A stretch of 64,000 bases of DNA from Hypanus sabinus (GCF_030144855.1 NC_082729.1:17360001-17424000); one strand, 5' to 3'; positions 49,670 through 62,589 are shown, counted from the stretch's first letter. A program made the numbers and translations. Notes: generated by a model not told the origin, from the sequence alone.

Positions 49670-52530
49670 CATAAGATATAGGAGCAGAATTAGGCCATTT
49701 AGCCCATTGTCTGCTCCATCATTTCATCATGAATGATCCATTTTCCCTCTCAGCTCCAATCTCCTGCCTTCTCCCCATATCGAGCTTGCAAGCACCACTT
49801 GCACTGGCAGCTGCTTCTACATTCTCACAACCATCTGAGTGAAGACGTTTCCCTTCATGTTCACCTTAACCTCTTCATCCTTCACCCTCCAACCCATGAC
49901 CTCTGGTTGTAGTCCCACACAACCTTACACCACCTCAGTGGATAAAACCAGCTGTATTTACCCTCTCTATACCCCTCATAATTTTATATACCTCTATCAA
50001 ATCTCCTCTCTGTCTTCCATATTCTAATGAATAAAGTCGCAATCTATTCAATCTTTCCTTATAAATCAGGTCCTCTGGACTCAGCATCATCCTTTCTCTG
50101 TACTATTTCAACCCTATTTACATCTTTTCTGTAGGTTGGTGTATTCAGGCATCCAAATATTCAAGTATCCAATCCCTTAGAACACTCTCCCACTTCTGAG
50201 GTCAGGCTCACCGGCCCATCATTTCCTTCTTAAACATCAGAAAAACATTGGCTATCATCAAATCCTCTGGTACCTCACCTGTCGCTAAGGATGATCTAAG
50301 CAACTCCGCTCGGGCCTCGGCAATTTCTCCATTTGCCTTCTTCAGGGTCTGAGGGATCACCTTGTCAGGCCCTGGGGGGGGGGTTTATCCACCCTAATTT
50401 GCCTCAAGACAGCAAGCACCTGTAACCTGTACTGGGTCCAGGAAGTTGATGCCGCTTTGCCTCCCTTCTATAGACTCTGTGTCCGTCTGCTGAGTAAATA
50501 CAGATGCAAAAAGTGCATTCCAGATCAGTCCCATCTCTTTTGCGTCCATGCATGGATCACTATTCTGATCTTCCAGAGGACCAACTTTATCCCTTGCAAT
50601 CCTTTTGTTCTTAACATATCTGTAGAATTCCTTAGGATTCTCCCTCACCTTGTCTGCTAAGGCAACCTCATACTTTCTTTTAGCCCTGATTTCATAAGGG
50701 TTCCCTTGCATTTTATTACACTCCCTAGTCACTTCATTCCTTTCAACCTGCCTATGCACCTTCTTTTTATTTTCAAAAATAGGGCCTCAGTATCTCTTGA
50801 AAATCAACGTCTCATCGGGACGTACTGATTAAGGAAACTTTCCTGAACACATTTGACAAACTCTATCCCAGCTAGTCCTTACACAGTGTGGGAGTCCCAG
50901 TCAATACGTGGAAAATAAAAAAAAAAATTCAACCTGAGTTTGAAACAACCCTGTGATTCTTCCAACAGTCTGGCAATCTCTCTACAAAGTTGTTCCTCTA
51001 AGTTCCTCGGACTGTTGGGTGGTCTGTAATATAGCCCCACTAATGTGGCCATAACTTTCTTATTACTCAGTTCCACTCATATCGCCTCAGTAGACGAGTT
51101 CGCTAGTCTGTTGTGACTCAGCACTGCCAGAACATTTTCCCCAACTAGTAACATCATCTTTTGTCACTCCCACTGTTGTGTCTAAAACATCGGAGCCCCC
51201 GAATATTGAGCTGTCAGACCAGCCCCTCCTGCAACCAAGCCTCACTAATGCTACAATATCATAATGCCAGGTGCCGATCCATGCCCTGAGCTTATCTGCC
51301 TTTCCTGCAATTCTCCTTGCACCGAACTGAACACAGCTCAGCTTATTAGTCAGATCATGCTCAGCCTTTTGATTCCTGACTTTGACTGAGGTTTTAACAA
51401 CATCTGTCCCCACAACCTCTCTGCTATCTGTTCCGGCACTCTGGTTCCCACCCCCCCTGCAACTTAAGGGAGAAATCAGGAAGGCTAGGTGGGGACATGA
51501 GGTTGCTCTGCTGATAAGGTGGAAGAGAATCCCAAGGGCTTCTTTACATATATCAAAGACTAAGGATAGCAAGTAAATAAAGAAAGATCAGTGTGGAGAT
51601 CTACCCGCAGAACCAAAAGGGAAGGGAAAGATCTTAAGGGAATTGTTTGCATTTGTATTTACCATAAAGAAATACACAGGATCTATCAAACCGACTGAGG
51701 CTTAAGAGTAATCAGGTGCTGGAACTTACCACAATCACAGAAAAGGAGGTGCTTGCTGTCTGAAGTCAAATAGGGTGGATAAATCCCCAAGGCCTGCAAG
51801 GTGTTCCCTCCACCTTGCAGGAGGCTAGTCCAGAAGTTGCATGGGGCTTAACAGAGACACTTAAAAAACCCATACCACAGCTGAGGTGCCAGTGGACTGG
51901 AAGACAGCAACTGTTCCATTGTTTAGGAAAGGCTCTAAGAATAAACCGGGAAAGTCTGACATCAGCTGTGAGTAAATTATTCGAAAGTATTCTTTGCAAC
52001 TGAACATATAAGTATTTGGCTAGACATCTCTCGATTAGGAATAGTTAATATAGATAAACCCCTATCAGGTACATTGCTAACTAACCTTATATAGACTTTG
52101 AATTGTTATGAAGAAGGTTGATGTAGGAGAGACGGTGAACGTTGTGTAAGTGGACATTAGCAAGGCCTATGACAGCCTGAATGTTAAATGGCTTAGCGTA
52201 CAGGAGGAAATTGTGGGAGTAGATGGTTGTCTGTCTAACTGGAGGCCGGTTACACTGGTGCACCGCAGTGACTGGTGCTTGGTCCATTCTTGTTTATCAT
52301 TTATATCGACGATTTAGATCAGGATCAGGATGACAATAAAATGTGAGACATAGTGGACAGCGAGGAAGTGTATCGAAGCTTGCAACGTGATCTGGACCAG
52401 CTGGCAAAATGACAGAAGGAATTTTAATGCAGCCAAGTATGAATAGTTTGGATAGCGACATGCATGAGAGGGATATGGTCCGTGTGCAGGAAAATGGGAG
52501 AAAAACAGGTCAGTACAAACTAGATGGGTC
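49670..52530. mobile_element. Block of CR1 fragments (minus strand to ~51460, plus strand after)
   Basis: KADKLRAWIGTWHYDIVA, GLYYRPPNS and ENPKEFYRYVKNK on minus; RT relics on plus. Confidence 0.8.
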
Positions 52531-53199
52531 GAACGACCCGATTCTGTGCTCTCACCTTGTCCCGCGCCCCCCAATCCACGGTCCTGAACTTTTTTTTTCC
52601 AGGTGAAGCGGTAATCCAGTCGTACTTTTTCCAGTCTAGTCCGCTGTATTCGGTGATCACACCGTGGTCTCGCCTACACTGGAGAAACGAAACAAAGATT
52701 GGTCGGTCACCCTCATATTCACTGTTAATGTTATTGCAGCAGCCATCAATCTGCTTAAGCGGGTGGATCAAAAATGAGGGATAGGGAACAGTGAATAGTG
52801 CCTCCTGCACTGTGATACTGAGGAAGAAACCCTCATCAGTTCGGGAACGTCAGAGCCTCTGGTCTCCATATTAATCTGCCCAGCTGTACTGCGCGTGGGC
52901 GGCCAGCTCGGAGAGGGAGTTCAAAGGTCAAATGTGTAACGTGAAATTTAATATTACCACGTACAAGCCCGAGGTTATTTTTCCCGCAGGCATACTTCAC
53001 GGCGAAAACGCAAAGCACTTTCAAACGTTTCCACGAGAAAGTTTGCAGGTGCTGGAAATCCAAGCAACACACACAAAATGCTGGAGGAGTTCGGCAGGCC
53101 AGACAACGTCAATGGGAAAGTATAAAGCCGACGATTCGGGCCCTTCATCCCGAAACGTAGACAGGTCACTCTTCCGCCAGCATTTTGTGTCTGTTGCTT

Positions 53200-53360
53200 C
53201 AGACGCTTCCGGCCGTTTCGGGAGGCGCGGGCCCCACGGCGGAGCTCCGGGCTGGGACCAAGGAGGGAGGCGCTTGCGTGCGGGCGATCTGTGACGGCGA
53301 GAGCAGCCCGGGCGCTTCCCGACCTGCACCTGCAACTACCTTCCCACCGCTTACCTCCTC
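53200..53360 (-). promoter_or_regulatory. CpG-rich patch, candidate first exon/intron start of ZNF gene 3
   Basis: GC- and CpG-rich. Minus-strand CAG|GTCGGG near 53325 resembles the putative donors of genes 1 and 2; ETS-like CCGGAAG near 53206. Confidence 0.4.
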
Positions 53361-53367
53361 CAAAATT

Positions 53368-53559
53368 GGGCAACGCGGCCCGGGACAACAAAAAGACAGG
53401 CATCGTCCCCAGACGTTTGCAGCTGGCTGCCCGCAACGACGAGGATCTCATCAAGCTCCTGGGAGGGTGACCATCACTCAGAGTGGGGTGCTGCCCAATA
53501 TCCAGGCCGTACTATTGCCGAAGAAAACCGGCGGATCCACCAACCCTAAGGGCAAATAA
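53368..53559 (+). pseudogene. H2A: Histone H2A C-terminal-half fragment
   Basis: [32 protein letters not shown], a 1-nt frameshift, then [21 protein letters not shown]. No N-terminus and no stem-loop. Confidence 0.9.
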
Positions 53560-53896
53560 ATCTGCAAATTTTTGTGAGGCGACCAGAACTGAGCAGGGTA
53601 CTCCAAGAGGGGTCTGACCAGGGTCCTATATAGCTGCAACATTACCTCTCGGCTCTTAAATTATATTCCATGATTGATGAAGGCCAATACACCATAGGTC
53701 TTCTTAACCACAGAGTCAACCTGTGCAGCCGCTTTGAGCGTTCTATGGACTCGGGCCCCAACATAACTCTGATCATCCACGCTGCCAAGAGTCCTACCAT
53801 TAATACCATATTCTGCCATCATATTTGACCTATGCTGCCTATTTAATTGGCATTTTTTAATTTCCATTTTTTCTGTGTCTTAAACTGATTGAAGAA

Positions 53897-53992
53897 ATGC
53901 CTAAGCCGTCCAAAGCTGCTGAGAAGGGCACGGGAAAAGCAGAGTCCAAAATGTAAAGCAAGGGAGGCAAGAAGTGGAGAAGGACGTACAGT
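53897..53992 (+). pseudogene. H2B: Histone H2B N-terminal relic
   Basis: Reads MPKPSKAAEKGTGKAESKM*SKGGKKWRR, with a TATTTAA box ~55 bp upstream. Confidence 0.55.
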
Positions 53993-55668
53993 ATTCCATG
54001 TGATTGTCTGCATGCCCTCATCAAAGGATATGCGGACAAGGCAGGGGAATTGGGATGACTGGAAGAATTGGATCAGCCATGATTGACTGGACATTTGGTC
54101 CTAGAATCACCTACGACAGGAAACATCTTCACCAGATCTACTCTATTCAGTCCTTTTAATATTTGATAGGTTTCACTCCTGGAATCATTCTTGTGAACCT
54201 CTTCTGGACACTCTTGAACACCAGCACAATTCTTCTTAGATAATAGGCTTAAAACTGCTCACAATACTGCAAGTGCAGTCTAACCAATACCTTATAAAAT
54301 AGCCTCAGCTTTACATCTTTCCTTTTATCTTCTCGTCCTCTCAACATGAATACTAACATTGAATTTCCCTTCCTTACCACTGACTCAGCTGGCAAGTTAA
54401 CTTTTACGGAATCCTGCATGGAAGTCCCTTTGCACCTCTGATTTTTGAATCTTTTGCCTTTTTAGAAAATAGACTATGCTTTTATTCCTTCTACCAAAGT
54501 ACATAACCATACACTTCCATACACTATATTGCATATGCAATTCTTTGTCCATTCTCCAAATTTGTCTCTTTTGCAGACTCCCAGCTTCTTCAAAATTTCC
54601 TGTCTCTCTGCCTGTATTTGTATCATCCCTTAACAGGACTGATTGAAGCAGCAGATGTTTGTATATCTAGTTGGCTCCATCTAGGGTAATAGCCTACAAA
54701 GTACCCAGGACATCTTCAGGGAGTGGTGTCTCAGTAAGACAGCGTCCATTATTAAGGACCTTCAGCACCCAGGGCATGCCCTTTCCTCACTGTTACCATC
54801 CGGTAGGAGGTTCAGAATCCTGAAGGCTCATTCTCAGCGATTCAGGAACTGCTCCTGAAACAGCCCCTTAGCCATCCGATTCCTAAATGGACAGTGAATC
54901 CTTGGACACTACCTCACTTTTTTAATATATAGCATTTCTGTTTTTTGCATGTTTTATTAAAAATCCATTCAATATACACATACTGTAATTGATTTACTTG
55001 TTTATTCTTATTATTTTTATTTCTTTCTCTTTTCTGGATTATGTATTGCATTGAAATGTTGCTGCTAGGTTTCAAATTTCACATCACATACCAGTGACAA
55101 TAAACCTGATTCAGATTCTGAACCTGGCTGGAAAGCCAATAATTCCATCGTCCAACACACACAAAATGCTGGTAGAATGCAACAGGCCAGGCAGCATCTA
55201 TAGGAAGAAGGGTCTCAGCCCAAAATATCGACTATACTTCTTCCTATAGATGCTGCCTGCCTTGCTGCGTTCCACCAGAATTTTGTGTGTGTGGCTTGAA
55301 TTTCCAGCATCTGCAGATTTCCTTGTGTTTGCATTTTTAAATTCTACCATCCAAATCATTTACATATATCATGAAAAGGAGCGGTCCGAGCACTAAACCT
55401 TGCAGTAAACCACTAGTCATTGACAGCTAAACAGAAAAGGCCTCGATTATTCCCACTCTTTGCCTCCTGCTGGTCAGACAATCTTTTATCCATACAAGTA
55501 CCTTTCCTGTAATACCATGGGTTCTTACCTTCTTAAACAACCGCTTGTTCAGCCAGTTGCACAAGCCTTTTTAAAAATCTGAATAAACTTTTGTTGACCT
55601 ATTTTGTCTGTTATTTCCTCAAAGATTTGTAACAAATTTGTGAGGCAAGGTATCTTCTTTTGAAAACC

Positions 55669-58096
55669 AAAAGGAGATATCTCATCACCTTTGTGAACAA
55701 AGCAGATGAGCTTAGAGCGTGGATCAATACTTGGAGATATGATGTAGTGGCCATTACAGAGAATTGGTTGGCTCAGGGACAGGAATGGTTGCTTCAAGTG
55801 CTGTTTTTTAGATGTTTCAGAAAGGACAGGGAGGGAGGCAAAAGAGATGGGGACATGGTACAGTTGATCAAAGGTAGTGTCACAGCTGCAGAAAAGGTGG
55901 ACGCTATGGATGGATTGTCTATGCAGTCTCTGTGGGTGGAGATTCAGAACAAGAAGGGGTCAATAACTTTACTGGGTGTTTTTTTTATAGGCCATCCAAT
56001 AATTACAGGGATATCGAGGTGCAGATAGGAAAACAGATCCTGGAAAGGTGTAATTACAACAGAGTTGTTGTGATGGGAGATGTTAATTTCCCTAATATCG
56101 ATGGGCATCTCCCTAGACTAGAGTAAGGTGTTTAAATGGGGTGGAGTTTGTTAGGTGTGTTCAAGAAGGTTTTTTGACACAATATGTAGATAAGCCTACA
56201 AGAGGAGAGGCTGTACTTGATTTGGTATTGGGAAATGAACCTGGTTGGGTGTCAGATCTCTCAGTGGAAGAGCATTTTGGAGATAGTGATCATAATTCTA
56301 TCTCCTTTACAATAGCATTGGAGGGAGATAGGAACAGACAAGTCAGAAAATTGTTTAATTGGGGTATGGGGAATTATGAGGCTATCAGGCAGGAAATTGG
56401 AAGCTTAAGCTGGAAACAGATGTTCTCAGGGAAATGTAGGGAAGAAATGTGGCAAATGTTCAGGGAATATTTGTGTGGAGTTCTGTATAGGTACTTTCCA
56501 ATAAGACAGGGAATTTAAGGTGGGGTAGAGAAACTGTGGTGTACAAAGGCTGTAATAAATCTAGTCCAGAAGAAAAGAAAGGCTTACAAAAGGTTCAGAG
56601 AGCTAGTTAATGTTAGAGATCTAGAAGATTATAAGGCTAATAAGAAGGAGCTTAAGAAGGGAAATAGGAGAGCCAGAAGGGGCCATAAGAAGGTCTTGGC
56701 AGGAAGGATTAAGGAAAATGCCAAGGCATTCTACAAGTATGTGAAGAGCAAAAGGATAAGGCGTGAAAGAATAAGACCTATCAAGTGCGACAGTGGGAAA
56801 GTATGTATGGAACTGGAGAAAATAGCAGAGGTACTAAATGAGTACTTTGCTTCAGTATTCACTGTAGAAAAGAATTTTGGAGACAGTAGTGATGACTTGA
56901 AGCAGACTGAAAAGGTTGAGCATGTAGATATTAAGAACGAGGATGTGCTGGAGCTTTTGGAAAGCATCAAGTTGGGTAAGTTCCCGGGACCAGATGAGAT
57001 GTACCTCAGGCTATTGTGGGAGGCAAGGGAGGCAATTGCTGAGGCTCTGGTAATTATCTTTGCATTATGAATGGGCCGGGAGAGGTTCGGAGAATTGGAA
57101 GGTTGCAAATGTTTTCCTTTATTCAAGAAAGGGAGTAGAGATAGCCCAGGAAATTATAAACCAGTGAGACTTACTTCAGTGGTTGGTAAGTTGATGGAGA
57201 AGATCCTGAGAGGCAGGATTTATGAACTCTTGGAGAGGCATAATATGATTAGGAATAGTCAGCATGGCTTTGTCAAGGGCAGGTTTTGCCTTATGAGTCT
57301 GACTGAATTTTTTGAGGATGTGACTAAACACATTGATGAAGGAAGAGCAGTAGATGTAGTGCATATGGATTTCAGGAAGGCATTTGATAAGGTACCCCAT
57401 GCAAGGCTTATTGAGAAAGTAAGGAGGCATGGGATCCAAGGGGACATTTCTTTGGGAATCCAGAACTGGCAAGAGTGGTTGTAGATGGGTCATATTCTGC
57501 ATGGCCTTCATCAGTCATGGAATTGAATTTAGGAGCTGAGAGGTAATGTTGCAGCTATATAGGACCCTGGTCAGACCCCGTTTGAAGTAGTACTGTGCTC
57601 AGTTCTGGTTGCCTCACTACAGGAAGGAAGTGGAAGCCATAGAAAACATACAGAGGAGAGCTACAACGATGTTGCCTGGATTGGGGAGTATGCCTTAAGA
57701 GAATAGGTTGAGTGATCTCCTTGGAGCGAGGGAGATAGAGAGATGACCTGATAGAGGTGTATAAGTTGATGAGAGGCATTGACCATATGGATAGTCAGAG
57801 GCTTTTTCCCAGGGCTGAAATGGTTGCCACAAAAGAACACAGATTTAAGGTGCTGAGGTCAGGGGTAAGTTTTTTACTCAGAGAGTGTGGGTGCGTGAAA
57901 AGGGCTGCCGGCAACAGTGGTGGAGGCAGATATGATAGGGTCTTTTAAGAGACTTTCAAATAGGTACATGGAGCTTAGAAAAATAGAGGGCTATGAGTAA
58001 GCCTAGAAATTTCTAAGGTAAGGACATATTCGGCACAACTTTGTGGGCTGAAGGGCCTGTTTTGTGCTATATGTTTTCTACGTTTCTATGTTGCTA
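55669..58096 (+). mobile_element. CR1 LINE ORF2 (endonuclease + RT), frameshifted and internally deleted, 8-bp TSD
   Basis: DVVAITE, MGDVNFP, DSDHN, SQHGF and DFRKAFD motifs. The RT catalytic segment is deleted near 57505. TGAAAACC occurs at both 55661-55668 and 58097-58104. Confidence 0.92.
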
Positions 58097-58799
58097 TGAA
58101 AACCCTGCTGACTTGGGCCTATTTTATCATGTGGCTTCAAGTACGCCAAAAATTCAACATTAGAAATTACTCTTTACCTCGAGGATCTTATTGAATCGCG
58201 GGCAGGCTCGATCGCTGGCTTCTATTTCTAATGTCCTTATGTAATGACGGAGATTACAGGAGTAAGAACATTTTGGCAGGGAAAATGTGCCATAATGAAC
58301 GTTTTCTAAATGTTCACAGACAACAAAAATATTATCTGATGAACTGGCTGAAAGTTTAAAAGCTTTCACGGTTGTTGCCGAGCTGTGTTTTCCCTGAATT
58401 TCAGGACTCCTGTCTCCGAATTTGTTCTTTTTTCAGAATATCATTGATTACTTTTCGCAGAAATGAGTACAAGTCTCAAGAGTTCTTATATTCCTTATTC
58501 GTTCGGTAGTAATGTTACAGACTAACCTTCAATATAGAAACGGTGTGAAAATAAAATTGATCACAACCATCTCTCCGGGGAACGTACACACGCAGCAGAA
58601 AACTTACTCAGCTCCGGAAGAGATTCAGAAAACCATCGCAGCTTGTTTAGAAGAAAATAACTAGGATAAGATAATTTAGTATGATTTTCGTGTTTCTGTA
58701 AAAAGAACTTCCTCAGAAATCTTTCTCAGTGACAGTGAAACCCGAGTCCTTTCCTCCGCGCTCATTGTATCCGTAGGGCAGCCCCTCACAGATACTGTG

Positions 58800-59150
58800 A
58801 GTGGCTCTGAAAAGAGCCTTTGGGTAACTGGGTTTCATATTCTATCGATTCACCTACCGGCTCCGCCGGTTTACTCGGACAACAGCACGGCCTGGATATT
58901 GAGTAACACTCCATCTTAGGCGATCGTCGCCCATCCGGACGTTGTGGGTCTTCTTTTTGTTCCGGGTCGCGTTGCCAGCAGTTCAAGAATTTCAGTCGTC
59001 AGATACTCGAGCACAGCAGCCACAAAGACCGAGGCTCCGGCATCCACCGGCTCAAGTTGCACTTTCTGAAGAGCCGGTGAACCCGGCGCAATGAGAACTG
59101 AGCCGAGGATGAGCTTTCCCGCCAGTTTTAACTTGTTCAATCATTTCAAC
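58800..59150 (-). pseudogene. H2A: Histone H2A pseudogene with 3' stem-loop
   Basis: VDAGASVFVAAVLEYLTTEILEL and NIQAVLL fragments with deletions and frameshifts; CCAAT upstream near 59240. Confidence 0.9.
58803..58818 (-). terminator. Histone 3' stem-loop (H2A pseudogene)
   Basis: CCCAAA-GGCTCTTTTCAGAGCC-ACTCA, followed by an HDE-like GAGGGGCTG. Confidence 0.9.
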
Positions 59151-59653
59151 AAGCTCTGCAGCAACAGAGATTGAGGAAATGTTTCCTGTCCTCGGCCTTC
59201 TTGTATGTCCTGTGGGGATGCAATGAGACATTCAGGATTGGTGCAACAACGCTTAAGTACATCACAGAGAGCAAATCAACCAGTGAGAGAGCCGACTTAT
59301 TTACCAAACGAAATCAAAAGCGCGGAAGTACCTGTTTACCCGCCGAAAATAAACTGAAATTTGAAACCATACCGCCAAAAATCCTTTGTTCAAACCTAAT
59401 CTAAAATCAAATAATTGCGGATCTGCTTGTGGACTAATTCTCTGCATTAACCCATTACTGACGTCCACCACATCTAATGTTTGAGTGTAGCTAATATTAC
59501 AGATGTATCTGGGGATTTCATTGCTCTTCTCCAACTACGGCTCCAGTTTAGCCAGCAGATTTCGCAAAATATTCGTCAAAGAACCATTTGGCATTGAAAT
59601 GGGATTCACAGAATATGACAAAGAAATGCAGCTCTGTTAATGAAAGATTGAGT

Positions 59654-59669
59654 GGCTCTTAAAAGAGCC
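59654..59669 (-). terminator. Histone 3' stem-loop (H2B)
   Basis: CCCAAA-GGCTCTTTTAAGAGCC-ACTCA, followed by HDE ACAGAGCTG. Confidence 0.92.
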
Positions 59670-59686
59670 TTTGGGTCTGTGGTTTG

Positions 59687-60073
59687 NNNNNNNNNNNNNN
59701 NNNNNNNNNNNNNNNNNNNNNNNNNNNNNNNNNNNNNNNNNNNNNNNNNNNNNNNNNNNNNNNNNNNNNNNNNNNNNNNNNNNNNNNNNNNNNNNNNNNN
59801 NNNNNNNNNNNNNNNNNTCGATCGTTTGTTGTAATGGGCTAGGCGGGAAGCCTCGCCGGCGATGCGCTCGAAAATATCGCTCACGAACGAGTTCATGATG
59901 CCCATGGCCTTGGAGGAAATGCCGGTGTCGGGGTGAACCTGCTTCATCACTTTGTAGATGTAAATGGCGTAACTCTCCTTCCTCACCCTCCTGCGCTTCT
60001 TGCCGGACTTGCCTGATGGCTTCGGCAGCGCTTTCTTAGCGCCCTTCTTGGAAGCAGTCTTCTGATCCGGCAT
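59687..60073 (-). CDS. H2B: Replication-dependent histone H2B; C-terminus hidden in assembly gap 59687-59817
   Basis: [14 protein letters not shown]...[55 protein letters not shown]. The 131-N gap fits the ~38 missing codons plus a short UTR. Confidence 0.9.
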
Positions 60074-60119
60074 TTCTTCAGTCGTGTTCAGACTCAATTA
60101 GGCAAAATGATGGGCGGAG

Positions 60120-60195
60120 CGCCCTTTAAATAGGAAGCGCTGACGGCGATATGCTAATCAAGGAATGGAGAAGCAGTGCATGTTCATTGGCTGCC
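60120..60195 (-). promoter_or_regulatory. H2B promoter
   Basis: TATTTAAA (60125-60132), octamer variant ATTAGCAT (60151-60158), CCAAT (~60186-60190). Confidence 0.8.
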
Positions 60196-62589
60196 TGGAG
60201 AGACGAATCACATCGGTATTTTTACGACAAATCCTGTACTTGGACATCAGAGGGAACAAATCACAATCGCTCGCTCTACCAAGCTAAAGCCGCTCCCAGT
60301 CTGCGGCCGGGATCCTTGCCAACCCGTGACTGTCCGCGGTGGCATTTATTGCGACCGAAGGGATAAGAGGAAGAGAGGGTTGTGGCTGACATTAAACAAT
60401 GGAAAACGTAAAATACAAATGCAGATGAAATGAACTCACACTCAGATGAAAAGTTCAGAGGAAATTTATTATCAAAGTACAATGTATGTCACCATCTAGA
60501 AGCATGATTCATTTTCTTGTGGGCATACTCAATAAATGGAAAACAGAATACTAGGTTTCGTAGAGTAAATGAGAGATCCTATCAATTTGGGCATTCAACC
60601 AGTGTGCAAAATAAACAAATTGAGCAAATAAAAAATTAAGAGTGAATATTAATAATTAATAAGCAATATATATTGAGAATATGAGTTGAATGTGCCCTGA
60701 AAGTGAGATCACGTTGTAGAAACGTTTCAATGATGAAGTGAATTTATCCCCTTTGGTTCAAGTGTCTGATGTTTGGGGGATAAAAACCATTACTGAAACT
60801 AACGGTGTGAGGACTCGTCTCTTTTACCTTTGTCCTGATAGCAGAGTGAGAAGAGAGCATGTCCTGGGTGGGGGCGGTCCCTGATGATGGAACCACTTTC
60901 AAGGAGCTATGACCTTAGATCCCAGGATTCCCTGCTTGGCAACACTGTTAAGGACCTGTACTGCTTACTTCGTGACCAAAGGCAGCAGGGGCTGATGGAG
61001 AAAATTTAGATATCAGAAGGGCAAAGGGATTTACACAAGTTTCCAAAAAGTTAATTTGTATGTCAAGATGCTTAAAATATAAATGCAAGGAAATAATATT
61101 GAGGCATAGCAAAGCATTTGTCAGACAGCTTGGAGGACCGTGAGCCTGTTATCTAAGAAAGGATATGTTGCATTGGAGAGTATCTAGAGGAGATTTATGC
61201 GATTTATCATGGGAATGAAGATGTTAATGTTTGAGGAGAGTTTAGTAGCTCTGTACTCACTTGAATTTAGAAGAATGAGGGGGATCTCATTGAAACCTAT
61301 TGAAAGTTGGAAGTCTCAGATAGAGTGGATGTGGAGAGGATGTTTCCTGTAGTGGGGGAGTCAGAGACCAGCTGGAACAACCTCAGAATATACAGAAGAT
61401 CGTATAGAATTGAAATGAGGATGAATTTCTTTAGCCAGAGACTGGTGATAGAACTGAGGGCAGACACTGTACAGTCACAAGCTGAAACAAAATTTCAAGA
61501 GCTGGGCTTCCCTCTGTGCAGCCTTTGTGAGTGTAAAAGTTCAGTTATGCTGTAGTCACAATGATAAACTGTCAGAGACAGTGTGTGGACATAGTGCAAT
61601 TAGACAGGTGAACGTGACCCTTGAAAACCTAACTCTTCTTTGTACAACTTTCCTGAATCAAGGTCACCAAGAATAGCATGATAAAGATGGAAACAAATGA
61701 TTCAAGGGTAACAGCTACTCAGTGACAGTTATTTCACTAATTCTCAAGCCTTATTGGCCTCTAATACATACATTATGCGTTATGATTGATACTTAAACAG
61801 GAAATTGATGCAATTCAAAAGTGCAGTATCTATCAAACCAATATCGGTATACAGCAAATTGATTTCAGAATAAAAATAGCAATGTTTTTTTCAGATTTCA
61901 GAATCTGAAAGGGCCAAGCTGTTCCCTATATAATACAAAACAATTTACTCAATAAAGTAGATTGTATTTGAGGAATGATGCAATGTTTCAGAGTCCAGTT
62001 AATCACATAAGAGACTCTCAGTCAAACATATTGTTATAAACACAGGACTTTCTGCAAATTGGAAATCCACACACACATACACAAAATGCTGGAGGAACTC
62101 AGCGGGTCATTTCTATGGAAATGAATGAACAATCAACATTACAGTGCAAAGTCCTTATTCAGTACTGGAAATGAAGGGGGAAGATGCCAGAATAAAAAAA
62201 AAGTAGGGAGATTGGAAGGAGGAATGGCTAGAAGGTGATACGTTAAGCCAGGTTGATGGGGAAAGTAAAGTGATGGAGAAGAAGTAATCTCATAGGAAAC
62301 GAGTGTGGACCATGGGAGAAAGGTAATAGGAGGGCATCAGGCAGAGGTGACAGGCAAATGAGAAGAAGAGATAAGGGGACAGAGTGAGGAACAGAAGAGG
62401 GATGGGAGAGGGAAAATAATTACCTGAAGGAGAAATCGATATACATGCCTAGATCCCCAAGTTCATTCAACGAGAGTAATTCTAAGCCCAAGTACATTGA
62501 GGTAGTAGAAAAGGAAAAACAAAATCAAAATGCAGAATATATCATTATATCTTAAGAGAGTGTGCAGTGCAAGGAAAGTACACAGTGTT

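Noticed and set aside
53185-53559. 124-aa ORF as a novel H2A variant with a new N-terminus
   Set aside because: It has a non-ATG start inside a PLE repeat, and only the last ~30 aa are H2A in frame because of a frameshift.
59606-60097. 163-aa extended H2B
   Set aside because: Artefact of translating through the N gap and from a non-ATG start. The true start is 60073 and the stop lies in the gap.
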